A stretch of DNA of 63,998 nt, the filler included, from Malassezia furfur (Eukaryota), in the NCBI GenBank assembly GCA_052055015.1. It is 3 parts of 3 records of this genome, joined end to end, with 100 filler letters (N's around TTAATTAATTAA, not from the genome) between each part and the next. Parts side by side here need not be neighbours in the genome. Positions count along the whole stretch, not along the records: positions 22,235 to 44,345 come from JBQJIT010000161.1; positions 44,446 to 63,998 come from JBQJIT010000187.1; 1 more part is not named here. One strand, written 5' to 3'. A model generated the notes under the pieces. The model made no database searches. It was not told where the DNA came from and worked only from the letters and a program-made list of their open reading frames with translations. Below, in pieces: positions 37,227 to 48,307 of the stretch (position 1 is the first letter of the stretch; each line of letters opens with the position of its first letter). The position numbers and the translations under genes are program-made.

Positions 37227-37742
37227 GGCTCAACGTCGTGGCAATCGCAGCGGGGCAGGCCGCGCGTCGCTGCGGCGGTCCGTGACACACGCACGTGACT
37301 TGGGAGTTGGGCTTCCGTGCTACCGCCAGTGGAGTCGGGGTAGGGCGGCGGCACCCGAGCAGGCGTCTTGGCATACGCCATCAGGCGTGTCGTGCGATAC
37401 GGGATCTCCGAGCGGAAGGGTAGGCTCCCATCCTACCGCTCCAGCGTGGTCCAAGGCGTATGCGCCCCGTGTTAATTGCACGCTAGTCTTTTGCGCGCGG
37501 TGCATCCCCGTTTCGTAGGTTGCCCGTTTGCGTTTCCCATAGTTTATATATGCGGGGACAACACAGCGCCCTTCTTCCGTATTCCCTACGTCGCTTAAGC
37601 GTACGCTAGCGTGGCCAGCTCCCCCGTCCACGACGCCGTGGCCGCGCTCCTCCACTTCTGCACACGACCTCGCACTTGCGTCGCTTTTGCGTACGCGTGT
37701 GGTGTGTTGGTTGCTCGTCGCTAAAGGTCGACCGCCTGAGTG

Positions 37743-40700
37743 ATGAGCATGTCGGTCGAATCGCATAACGGGGACATCGCGGCGGATGTTCCCATCAAAT
37801 CCGAGCAGAACGATACCCCCCCTTTTCATGCGTCACCCCGCCGTGCGCCGACCAAGCGCGAGACCCCTGCGGCGTCGCCGCGCGGCAAGCGGGGGAAGCG
37901 AGCACCCGAGCACATTTCGTGCCGGGACCTCGGCCGGTACGTCGATGGTGTCGATGCCGAAGCGATCGAGCGCGAAGCGGAAGCGGCGCGCGCCGAGCGC
38001 AAGAGCAAGACCCAGGCGCTGTCAGCCATGGCACGAACGTCGGAGGCATCTACCTCGGACGTGTCTGGCAGCACTCCAGGCGCACACCGGCATGCAACAC
38101 GCAAGATGGCGCGCATGCCGCGTCTTCCGCCGCTCGTGTACGACTACATGCACATGCCCCAGGAACCCGACGGCCCAGCGCCGATCGCTACGGCGGCGAC
38201 GACGCCGCGGCGGCCACTTCGCACCCAACCGCGCGTGTTTGGGCTGGAGGAAGCCCCGACGTTTTACCCCACTTGGGAAGAGTTCCAGGACCCGATGGCG
38301 TACATCGAATGGGTGGCCAAGCCCGATGGCGGCAATGGTGCGGCGTACGGCATTGCCAAGATCGTCCCGCCCGAGGGGTGGCAGATGGAATTTGTGGCCG
38401 ATGAACAAACCTTCCGCTTCCGCACACGGGTCCAGCGCCTGAATGAGCTGAGCGCTGAGGGCCGTGTCGCACAAAATTACCGCGAGCAGCTTGAACAGTT
38501 CCACCATCAGCAAGGCCATGGCCGAATCAGTGTGCCGCGACTCAGCAACCGGGCCGTGGACCTATACGCGCTCAAGTTGGCTGTTCAGCGCCGCGGCGAA
38601 GATGACTGGCCGGGGGTTGCGCAGTCGCTGCAGCTGGACGACGGCACGGCGCCGAGTGTACTCAAGAATTTGTACACGCAGCTGGTTGCGCCGTTTGAGG
38701 CATACCTCGCCAATGCCAAGATGCACCGTATGTCTTCGTCTCTGGAACGTGACGCGGCGCCGTCGGCGTCGACGACGAGCGACGGGCGATGTGAAGTGTG
38801 CCGCGTCGCGGACGCTAAGCCGCAGGTGGTGTGCAGCGACTGCGAAAAGACCCTTCATGTTTCATGCGCGTCGTTGCCGCATGTGCCACGCGGCGACTGG
38901 GTGTGCTCGGCATGTCTCATGGGCACGGGCGGCGACTTTGGCTTTGACGACGGCGAGACGCATTCCCTGCACAGTTTCTGGCAGCGTTGTGCGGCGTTCC
39001 AACGGGTGTATGCTGCGCATGCCGCGCAAAACGCACCACCCGATGATGCGGAGCGATGGGCGCGGCTTCCGACGCGTGCAAATACGGACCTGACGCTGAT
39101 TGCCGATGAAGACCTGGTTGAGGCCGAGTTTTGGCGGCTGGTGCACAGCGTACACGAGCTGGTGGATGTGGAATATGGTGCGGATGTCCATTCGTCGGTG
39201 CACGGCAATGCGTCGCCGAATGTCGAGCGGCAGCCACTGAGCACGTACGCTCGGAGTGGCTGGAACATGAACAACCTGCCGATCCTGCCCGCGTCGCTGC
39301 TGCGCTACATCAAGTCCGAGATCAGCGGAATGACGGTGCCATGGATCTACATTGGGATGATGTTCTCGGCGTTCTGCTGGCACAACGAGGACCATTACAC
39401 GTACTCGGTAAACTACCAGCACTGGGGTGCCACCAAGACCTGGTACGGTGTGCCAGGCGCGGATGCGGACAAGTTTGAGGCGGCGATGCAGCGCATTGCA
39501 CCAGAGTTGTTTGAGGCGTGCCCCGACCTGCTGCTGCAGCTGGTCACGATGATGTCCCCAGCGCTGGCCAAGCGCGAGGGAGTGCGGACATATGCGTGTA
39601 ACCAGCGCCCGAACGAATTTGTGCTCACATTTCCAAAAGCCTACCACTCTGGCTTCAACCACGGATTCAACTTGAACGAGGCAGTGAACTTTGCGCTGCC
39701 CGACTGGGTCATGGACGGCCTGGCATGCGTACAGCGCTACCAGTCTTTTGCGCGTCAGCCTGTCTTTTCGCACGACGAGCTGCTAATCACCATCGCGTTG
39801 CACAACCAGCAGCTGCAGACCGCTGTCTGGCTCCATCCGGCCTACCGCGACATGGTTGACCGTGAGCTGGCGGCGCGCAACGCACTGCGTGCACTGCCTA
39901 TCGCAGAGGAGTGCGCCGAGTATGACCGGCGCGAGGCCGAGTACCAGTGCCAGCATTGCAAGACACTGTGCTATCTAAGCCAGGTCGTGTCGCGCACCAC
40001 CAGCGCGCTTGCGTGCCCCATGCATGCCCGCGAGGTGCACGGCGACACCGACCCAACCTCGTGGGTGCTCCGCCTACGCTTTCCCGATGCCTACCTTGAA
40101 TCACACGCCACCAAGCTCGCGGACCGCGCGGCAGTCCCACGCAACTGGCAGGAACGCGTGCGCAAGCTACTCCTTCAGCACCCGCGCCCGCCGCTGCGCA
40201 CGCTGCAGGCACTTGCCCAGGAGGGCGAAAAGATTGCGTTCCCCTTGCCTGAGCTCGAGCAACTACAGGCGTTCCTTGCGCGGGCAACGCCGTGGGCACA
40301 GCGTGCTGAAGTGTTCCTCACGCGGCGCCAGAAGCGCAGCGACGTGGTGCCGCGCCGTCGTGGACGCCCACGCGAGGCAACTGCATCTCCGGCTGTGTCT
40401 GAGACGCCGCCCGGCGTACCCAACGGCGTCACACAAGACCGATCGCCCGAGGCGCTGCTGCAGCTGTGTGCGATGGTGCCCTCGCTGCCCTTTGACACGC
40501 CCGAGTTTGCAAGCTTGCAGGCAGTTGTCGAGCAAATGGACAGCTTCCGTCGTGACGCTGCCGCGTTCCTCGCGACAGATCCCGAAGTGCCGGAGGCGAG
40601 CCACCGCGTGGACGACGCCGAACGCGTGCTGAGCCAAGGTGCGCTGCTGCACGTCGACGTGCCCGAAGTCACGGCGCTCCGCCGCTGGATAGCCCATGCG

Positions 40701-43700
40701 AAGTGGTTCGCTGAGCTGCATGGAATCGGCGACAAGTTCCTCTCGCTCGAGGACGTCGACGAGCTACTTGCCGAGGCAAAGCAGGCTGACATTGACGATG
40801 CTCACGTCCAACTCGAGGCGTTGCGCGCGCGGCGCTCGCGTGGCGAGGCTTGGGGTGTGCAGGCGCAGGCACTGCTCGACGAGGCACCGTCAATCGAGCG
40901 TGTGGCACTTGATGAGCTGCTCGCGGTGCCCGCTAATGTCGCGACTGCGACGGAGCTCCGTGCGCGCGTCGCGACGCTGCAGCACAAGGCGACGCAGTGG
41001 CGCGACACGCTAGCCAATATCTACGAAGAGACGCAGCCTCAGGCACAGCATGCCGTGTCCTCCGCACTGGACCCACCGCGGCTCGCCGAAGCACGCCAGG
41101 TGCTTACGGACGCAGAGGCGGCGCGCGTTGTTGTGCCGCTTGCCGACGAGATTGCCGAGGGCATCGCGTTGCACGACAAGTGGAACGCCGAGCTCGCCCA
41201 CATCCTGCGTAAGGTGCAGCCGCGCAGCAAAGGAAACGATCCGATCGAAGTTGCTCGCAGCTTTTGCGAGCACACAGCTCGGGCAGCTTCGGCCTCGGCC
41301 CTCAAGACGTGGGAAGAGTATGAGGCATGGAAGGCAGCCACAGAACGCGAGGCCTCCAAAGACGCGGCGGCCAATGCTGCGGCATCCGGGGCACAGGAGC
41401 AAGGGCGGGAAGAGCGCACCACGGTGTCCGCCACGGCACTGCAAGATGCCTCGGCAGGTACAGCGGCCCCGTCGGAGGCTACTGAGGCACCAACCGTGGG
41501 GGCAGCGGCCCCGGCACCAACTCCTTCTGCTGCGCCAACTGCTCCTACGCCGGCAACGGCCGTCGCGCCAGCCGCGTCTGCGGGGCTCAGCGCCGACGTG
41601 CCCACCCACCGTCCGTCAGAGGCGGCCGATGGAGCTATCCGGGCACAGTCGATCCCTGGTGTGGTCCATTCGCCCCATCTCGATGCGTCTGCCTCTGTTG
41701 AGGGCGTGGTGATGGCGCCTGTCTCGGCCAAGGTGGATGGCGCATCGCCCTTCGCGGCGCCGGCGTCTTCTACGCCCGCTGCAAACGGCGCCGTACCGGC
41801 TCCCGAGCCGGCGCCCGCACCGGCAGCGGCACCCGAGACCACCACGCCGCCTACCCCGCCTCGCCGCGTACCAACGCCGCCGCCTGCCCCTGCGCCGTGC
41901 CTGTGCTTTGAGGAGCTGCCCGAACGGACGGCGTCGGTGACGTGCACCTCGTGCCAGACGCTCTACCATCTCAAATGCCTTGACCTGCGTTCGAAGGGGC
42001 TTGGCAAACAGTGGCAGTGCCCCTTTTGTGATCGCGAGAAGCTACCGCCCCTCGTGCGGGCGCGGCATGCCGTGTCGCAGCTGCCGCTCGTGGCGCTTCT
42101 GCAAAACACCGCCTTCCAGCGCGACAAGTTCCGCTTCCTTCCGTCGAACTACATGCCGCTCCAGGCCGCGATCCGTGCCACGGTTGAGTTTGGCGTGGCC
42201 GTCACGATGCGCTTCCGGAGCGGTGTCTTGCCGCCCGAACTTGTGGATGCGCCGCGCACAACGCAGGTGCGCCCGACCCCCTTTTTGCGCGAAGTCGCCC
42301 GGCGCGGCGTTGGGTGCCCGGTGGATGTTCTGCTTATCGCCGACGCTACGCCGAAACAAAACGTGCCGAGTGTGCTGGACGCGCTGCTCCCTGCGTTTGG
42401 TATCCGGCCTGAGCCGCGCGCGCCGGAGCGTAAACCGAGCGCACCAAAGCCCACTGCGGACGGAGCGGCGAAGCCCCTGCGCCGCTCGAAACGTGCACGG
42501 CTCACGTTCCGCGAGGAGAAGCTGCCCATGACAGGCACCGATGTGCCCGTGCACTGCTTCTGTGGGCAGCCAGACACGGGCACCATGGTGCAGTGCGACA
42601 AGTGCACGCTGTGGTTTCACAACACGTGCATGTGCATTGATGACCCCGACGCGCTGCAAGAAAAGTGGTTTTGTCCCGTGTGCTGTCTGCGCCTGCGCCG
42701 TCGCTATCCCTACGCCGAAGTGCGCATCGTCGATGAGACGCCGACGGCGCCGCCCCCGCCGCTGCCGCCCAACCTCTTTGTGGATGTGCAGGCAAGTCTC
42801 CGGTCCGAGACCACGCCGGTGCATAAAGTCCAGCATTGGACAAACGAGCGGCGGATCCTGCTGCACCTTGTGCACTTTGAGCCTGCCGTCCTCGTCCCGA
42901 ACGAGCCCAAGCCAGCGGCAGCGCCGTCACACGATGCGCCGCCCGCGTCGCAGCCGCCGCCCGCCAAGCGTGCCAAGCTGTCGCCCGATCATGATTGGCA
43001 CCACGCGGGGCGCCTCAACTTATTGCGCCGCGGCGTCAGTGAGGCTATGATGCAGCGCTACGCCATGGGATGGAACGGCGAAGCGATCGTGTGCCAACTC
43101 GCGCCCGATCGCCAGGTGGTTTTGGGCCCCACCATCCGCCTCGCGCCAGACGACGCCGACGGCACGCGGCTGCTACGCATGGCGCTCGAGGCCGCGTGGC
43201 GCCCTCCACCGCCGCCTAGCACGCTGCGCACAGATGCCCGCGCGGCGCCCGCACCGGTGCACGAGCGCATAGGCGAGCGATTTGTGCCGAGCGTGCCGAT
43301 ACACGGCGTGCCGGCAGGGCCACCGGCGCCCCGGACCGAGCCGTTGCGTACGCCGGCAACAGCGCCTGTTTCGATCGGCGCGCCGCGGGCGTCACCAGGC
43401 ATCGACAGCGCGCAGACCACGCTGCCGAGCTTTCCGCCGCTGTCGGCATCGCTGACCCGGCCTGCGCCATCGCCGCTCCCGCGACCGTTTGTGCCGCACG
43501 ACGTGATGCACCGCCGCGAGGATCTGCCGCGGCCTACGTCGCTTGGCCCACCGCCAGACTTGGCGCGCGTCTCATCGCACCGCTCGCCTGGGATTGAGCA
43601 GCTGCGTGCCTCGACACCAATGCGGGCCCCCCACGAAGTGCTCGAACGCCCGCTGCACGCACCGTCGTCGCCGTTGCCACCGCTGCACGCGCCCCCTCGT

Positions 43701-43754
43701 CCAGGGCGCGACGAGGCCGGCACGTCCCAGCCCCTGCCACCGTGGCATCCCTAG
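37743..43754 (+). CDS. KDM5/JARID1/Lid2-type histone H3K4 demethylase
   Basis: JmjN (EAPTFYPTWEEFQDP), ARID-like, PHD, JmjC (WHNEDH..YHSGFN), C5HC2, PLU-1 and two further PHD fingers. Confidence 0.93.
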   Translation: MSMSVESHNGDIAADVPIKSEQNDTPPFHASPRRAPTKRETPAASPRGKRGKRAPEHISCRDLGRYVDGVDAEAIEREAEAARAERKSKTQALSAMARTSEASTSDVSGSTPGAHRHATRKMARMPRLPPLVYDYMHMPQEPDGPAPIATAATTPRRPLRTQPRVFGLEEAPTFYPTWEEFQDPMAYIEWVAKPDGGNGAAYGIAKIVPPEGWQMEFVADEQTFRFRTRVQRLNELSAEGRVAQNYREQLEQFHHQQGHGRISVPRLSNRAVDLYALKLAVQRRGEDDWPGVAQSLQLDDGTAPSVLKNLYTQLVAPFEAYLANAKMHRMSSSLERDAAPSASTTSDGRCEVCRVADAKPQVVCSDCEKTLHVSCASLPHVPRGDWVCSACLMGTGGDFGFDDGETHSLHSFWQRCAAFQRVYAAHAAQNAPPDDAERWARLPTRANTDLTLIADEDLVEAEFWRLVHSVHELVDVEYGADVHSSVHGNASPNVERQPLSTYARSGWNMNNLPILPASLLRYIKSEISGMTVPWIYIGMMFSAFCWHNEDHYTYSVNYQHWGATKTWYGVPGADADKFEAAMQRIAPELFEACPDLLLQLVTMMSPALAKREGVRTYACNQRPNEFVLTFPKAYHSGFNHGFNLNEAVNFALPDWVMDGLACVQRYQSFARQPVFSHDELLITIALHNQQLQTAVWLHPAYRDMVDRELAARNALRALPIAEECAEYDRREAEYQCQHCKTLCYLSQVVSRTTSALACPMHAREVHGDTDPTSWVLRLRFPDAYLESHATKLADRAAVPRNWQERVRKLLLQHPRPPLRTLQALAQEGEKIAFPLPELEQLQAFLARATPWAQRAEVFLTRRQKRSDVVPRRRGRPREATASPAVSETPPGVPNGVTQDRSPEALLQLCAMVPSLPFDTPEFASLQAVVEQMDSFRRDAAAFLATDPEVPEASHRVDDAERVLSQGALLHVDVPEVTALRRWIAHAKWFAELHGIGDKFLSLEDVDELLAEAKQADIDDAHVQLEALRARRSRGEAWGVQAQALLDEAPSIERVALDELLAVPANVATATELRARVATLQHKATQWRDTLANIYEETQPQAQHAVSSALDPPRLAEARQVLTDAEAARVVVPLADEIAEGIALHDKWNAELAHILRKVQPRSKGNDPIEVARSFCEHTARAASASALKTWEEYEAWKAATEREASKDAAANAAASGAQEQGREERTTVSATALQDASAGTAAPSEATEAPTVGAAAPAPTPSAAPTAPTPATAVAPAASAGLSADVPTHRPSEAADGAIRAQSIPGVVHSPHLDASASVEGVVMAPVSAKVDGASPFAAPASSTPAANGAVPAPEPAPAPAAAPETTTPPTPPRRVPTPPPAPAPCLCFEELPERTASVTCTSCQTLYHLKCLDLRSKGLGKQWQCPFCDREKLPPLVRARHAVSQLPLVALLQNTAFQRDKFRFLPSNYMPLQAAIRATVEFGVAVTMRFRSGVLPPELVDAPRTTQVRPTPFLREVARRGVGCPVDVLLIADATPKQNVPSVLDALLPAFGIRPEPRAPERKPSAPKPTADGAAKPLRRSKRARLTFREEKLPMTGTDVPVHCFCGQPDTGTMVQCDKCTLWFHNTCMCIDDPDALQEKWFCPVCCLRLRRRYPYAEVRIVDETPTAPPPPLPPNLFVDVQASLRSETTPVHKVQHWTNERRILLHLVHFEPAVLVPNEPKPAAAPSHDAPPASQPPPAKRAKLSPDHDWHHAGRLNLLRRGVSEAMMQRYAMGWNGEAIVCQLAPDRQVVLGPTIRLAPDDADGTRLLRMALEAAWRPPPPPSTLRTDARAAPAPVHERIGERFVPSVPIHGVPAGPPAPRTEPLRTPATAPVSIGAPRASPGIDSAQTTLPSFPPLSASLTRPAPSPLPRPFVPHDVMHRREDLPRPTSLGPPPDLARVSSHRSPGIEQLRASTPMRAPHEVLERPLHAPSSPLPPLHAPPRPGRDEAGTSQPLPPWHP

Positions 43755-44345
43755 TTTGCTTTGGTTGCTAGTATCCTACACAATCGGTCGAGCGACTCGC
43801 CCGGTCCATGTACCATGCGTTCACACACTGCCGCGAGATGTGCACACACACTCACCAGCGCCATACACAGCGACGCGTGCATGGGGGCCGGGGGTGTCGC
43901 AAGATGCGCTTGAATATGCCTGTGAATAAGCGTGGGTACACGTACACGAAACACGCCCGGCTGCGTCGGTTGAGCTCCTCGACGGCACTGCGAAGTGCTT
44001 GCGCCGCATGCAGCGCTCGTATGTACACCGACCTGCGCGGTTTCTGTGAGGGCGGCGTGGGGAAGCGTGGTAGACTGGGTCAGCCAGCGCACACGTACCT
44101 TTCCCACGCGGAGGCGTCCTGGCCCCACAGCGACGTGTACGCCTGTGCGAGCCGCCAGAGCAGCTCGGTGCCGAGCACGTGTGCGTCGGCGCGCAGGGGC
44201 ACACATGCCGTCTCGCTCGGCATGCTTGGCGCAGCGCGCAGGCTGCCCGCGGCCGGAACGGTGTGTGCGAGGGGGCCGGTCGCGATGCGGCACCCGAGCT
44301 GGCGGACGCACCGCACGCGGCGCCACCACACCATGTGCCGTAGCT
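43751..44345 (-). CDS. 5'-truncated gene, possibly RNase MRP subunit Rmp1-like
   Basis: Introns 44075-44098 and 43920-43945 join RHMVWWRRV..RACFVHIQAHLA..LCMALVSVCAHL. The resemblance to Rmp1 is weak and from memory. Confidence 0.4.
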
Positions 44346-44445
44346 NNNNNNNNNNNNNNNNNNNNNNNNNNNNNNNNNNNNNNNNNNNNTTAATTAATTA
44401 ANNNNNNNNNNNNNNNNNNNNNNNNNNNNNNNNNNNNNNNNNNNN
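44346..44445. other. Artificial contig linker N44-TTAATTAATTAA-N44
   Basis: Identical to the linker at 22135-22234. Confidence 0.98.
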
Positions 44446-46408
44446 CACTTCTTCGTCCGCACGGCGCGGCGCGGCGGGCGCGGCGGGCGGCGCGGCATAC
44501 AGCGCCAGCACGTCGCGCAGCACCCGCCACGCACTCACCGGCTCAGGCAGGTGCCACAGCACGACGCTGGGCGCCGCGCCGAGCGGCGAGACGAGCGTGC
44601 CGCGCGTGCCGACGGGCAAGAGCAGACGCGTGCACGGCACGGGCATCGCACGGCGCACGACGTACTGCACACCGGGCGCGCCGGGCGTGTCGAGGATCTC
44701 GTAGGGCGCCAAGCCCGGCGCGCCGGGCGGCAAGACGAGCGCGAGCGTCGGCAGCTGCGCGAGGTAGTCGAGCGTCGCGGCGCTCGCCTCGGCGGCCGCG
44801 CTGCCGGGCACCGGTACACGGAATGCGTCGGGCGCCGCGTTGCCGCTCAGGGCATACGCAAGCTGCACCAGCGGCAAAAACGACGCAGGGAAGCGGCGGC
44901 GCGCGGTCGTCAGCGTGCTGGCGCGCGTCTCGTGCGGGAGGTCGGCGGTCCAGAATTGCAGGCAGAGCGACGCAACGCCCTCGGCCGCATCGGGCGCGAG
45001 CGTCTCGCGGCCCGCGCCAAACGCCGCGCCGTACAGGCGGACAAGCGCATCGTAGTCCCCGAGGTACTCGGGCTGCACCAGCTCGGTGAGGCTGAGCAGC
45101 AGCCCCTTGAACACGGCGCGGTACGCGAGCGCCGACAAGTCGGACGCGCCCAGCACCGCGCTGTCCGTGCCGCCCAGCAGCGGCGAGGCGAGCAGCGCAT
45201 GCAGCACGCCAAACAGGTCCATCGACGGATCGAGCGCGCCATGTGCGAGGCGGCGCCACATCGGCGCCCCGCCGTCGTGCACGGCGACGACCGCAGCAAG
45301 GCGCGCGTCGGGCGCGGCCTCGAGGCGCTCGTCGAGGCGACGCAGCAGCAGTGCATAGCCGAGCAGCAGCGGCGCATAGTACACGAGCGACGCTGCGCCA
45401 TCGAGGACCTCCAGCGCGCCCTCCACCGCCTCTGGATCGGCGACGAGCGGCGCGAGCGCCGCGTCGTCGGCGTGCGGCGCGCCGTCGAGCGGCTCGAGTG
45501 CGGCCTCCAAGTTGAGGCACTCGATCGCCAGGAAAAGCAGGAGGTGTGCGACGCACTCGACCAGCACCGACGACGGCACGTCGAGGAAGCCGGCGTTCGC
45601 CTGGCGCTGGCCGAACTGGGTGCGCTGGATCGTGCGCAGCGCCGCGAGCGTGAACGCGGCCGTGGGCTGCAGACGCCCATAGTACAGTAGGAAAGCCACT
45701 TCGAGGAGCGCCAGCTGCTTGCACAGTCCCTGCCGCGCCCAGAGCAGCGTGTACCGCACGTCGTTGCGGATCGCCGGCGGGAGCGCCTCCTGCGTCTCGC
45801 GCTCGAACCATTCGAGGACCTGCGTCGCAAACGATGCGTCTGCAAACTGGTCGAGCACCGCATGGGCCATTGTGTACAGCTCGTTCTGGGCGTCTTCGGA
45901 GATGCGCAGCAGCGCACTGATGCACCGGATCACCGCGAGCTGCTCCTCAAAGAAGAACACGGTAAAGGCGTCAAGGAACTCGGTGAAGGCGCCGTCTGCG
46001 CCGCGCGCGGTGCCGAGCGTGTCGAGCGCGCGGTGCTCGCTCTCGAGGAAGGTACGCAGCAGCGCCAACGCTTCGCCTTCGTCGACGTCGAAGCGGTCGC
46101 TGATCGCGCGCGCGAGCTCGCGCTGCACATCGTCTACGCGCACATCCACACCGCGCACACGCACCGTGTCCTTGTCGAGCGCGGCGCGCGCGCTGGCGCT
46201 GCGCGTCGGCAGTGCGGCACCGCACGCACGGAGCTGCGGGAGGCGCTGCTCGAGCAGTGCCTGCAGCTCGCTCGGCGGCTGTGTGTGGTATGCACGCTCC
46301 AACTGCTCGTACAAGTCATGGAACGAGCTGCGTCAGTCTCGTCACCTACACAAACGCGTGCGCAGCCGCGGCGGGCGTTGACGCCCCGCCGGTCTGCTGC
46401 TCCACCAT
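44446..46408 (-). CDS. NUP188: Nucleoporin Nup188-like N-terminal region, 3'-truncated at gap
   Basis: ATG 46408, intron 46328-46349; Leu-rich helical protein with FFEEQLAVIRCISALLR and RRFPASFLPLVQL. Confidence 0.6.
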
Positions 46409-46456
46409 CCGCGACGGTCGCGAGAGCGCACAGGGAAATCTTCGGCCGAGACACAA

Positions 46457-48149
46457 CTATGGCGGGCGCGCGGCGGGCGACGTCGCCGCGTCGAACGACG
46501 GCGGGTGCGCCCGTTCGCCGGGGGTCGTCGGCACGCTCTCAAGCGGCGCGCATGTATACACAAAGTCCGTAGCGGGAGGGAGGGGGGTATGCACAACGTT
46601 CACGGGGGGCAAAAGCTCGTGCACCGCTGGCGTTTGGTCGCGCGCGGACTCGTAGCTCGGCAGGCTGATCCACTCGAGCGACGTGTGCGAGTGCGTGAGC
46701 GTGATGGGCACACCAATCACCACATCGACAATCCGCCGGTGCGACTCGGCGTCGGGCAGCGCACTCGTGCCGGGCACCGACGACGCACGCGGCGCGTCGC
46801 CGCGCTCCACCCGGATCGTGATCTTGAGCAGGTGCTGCACGGTGATGTTGGACTTGGGGTGCTGGCACGAGATGTTGACCTTCTTTTGCTGCACCATCGA
46901 CACACGCAGGTCCATCGCCAGCTCCCACGGGCCATTCGGATCGAGCGGCGCAACACGGATCGCGTCTGCCTGCGCCGCATTCTGCTGCGCAGCGGCTTCG
47001 ACGTACGGCGCGAGCGGCGACGTGGCCAGCGGGTCGTCGTGCTCCGTAAGGATCGGCAGCAGCGGGCGCTCCCCATCGCCGTTCAGACGCAGCATCGTCC
47101 ACTTGCGCGGCACTTCGCGGCGCATCGTGCGCCGCTCGTTCGCATAGTAGTCGGTCTGCTCCTCGAGCGCGACCGTAATCCGGTGGATCTTGATCTTGCC
47201 AATGGGAACCATCTTGAGCGACACGGGGATGTGCGTGCCGATCGGGAAACTGCTCCCGCTGATCGCCAGCATATACGACAGCATGTCCTCACACGTGCGC
47301 GACACGACAATCGACTCGGCCGCCGCCGAATTGTCCGCGTCGGGCATCTGCACGAGCGTCACTTCGCGCTGTGTGGTGAGATTCGCGGCGAGCGGGCCGC
47401 TCCGGTACGCGGTCGCCTTGAGCATGTACTCCAGGTGCCCAAAGTCGGCGTGCAGTGTCGCAGGGAGGTCAATGGGGAGCGACATGCTAAACGGATACTC
47501 GTACGCCCCCTTGCGCAGCTCGAACCACTCGGCCGCCGGCGCCTTGCCGGGCGCAGCCGGATCGACCGCGTCGGCGGTCGGCGGGCGCGTGGGGATGCGC
47601 AGGCCGTCCAGGAATCCCTTGAGCGGCTTCTTCTTGGACGTGCCGTTCGGCGTGCGCGCCGCAAGCGCCGCGTGCGCATCCGAGTGCCGTTCGCGCCCAA
47701 TGTCGTCGAGGCGCGTGAGCAACGCGCCATTGCCGCGTGTCTGTGGCCCCGGTAGCGGCATCGACTCGGGCTGGATCGACTCGGGGATACGGTCAAGCGC
47801 GATGGGCGTGCCGAGCGTCGAGCGAAAAATGCTCGTCTTGAGTCGGAGCAAAGGAACCTGCTCGGCGACTTCGATACGGTTCTGCCCGATCCCTGTGTGA
47901 GCGGACGGCGTACCTTCGGGCCAGTCAGTGCGCACGATTCCGGTCAGCGTAAGCACAATGTCCTTGATTCGTGTCGGCTTCGGCAGCGAGAGCGTGACTT
48001 TGCCACGGAGCTGGGGAGGCGGCGCATCGTGGTCTTCCACGATCGACGGCCCACGGTCCGGCCGAGGGCAAGAGAGGAACACGACAGGCTCTGCAACTGC
48101 GTAAGAACACACACGACGCACACTCGATTTGCAGCGTAGGGCCCACCAT
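46457..48149 (-). CDS. Alpha-arrestin (ART) ubiquitin-ligase adaptor, 3 exons
   Basis: LRGKVTL..TDWPEG|IG..GAYEYPFSMSLP..LPATL arrestin-N; C-terminal LPSY motif; introns 48097-48121 and 47893-47913. Confidence 0.85.
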
Positions 48150-48307
48150 CAGTCCAAGCTTGGGGTCCTACTCCCGGCCCATCGCCGGTCGCGCAGAGAA
48201 TGGGGTGTTGGAATACCGTATTCCCCCGCGTGAATTTTGGTTCTGACTAAACCTGCGACGCAAGATCGAGCCAGTGCAGCGCCACGCCGTGCGTTTTCAC
48301 CACCACA

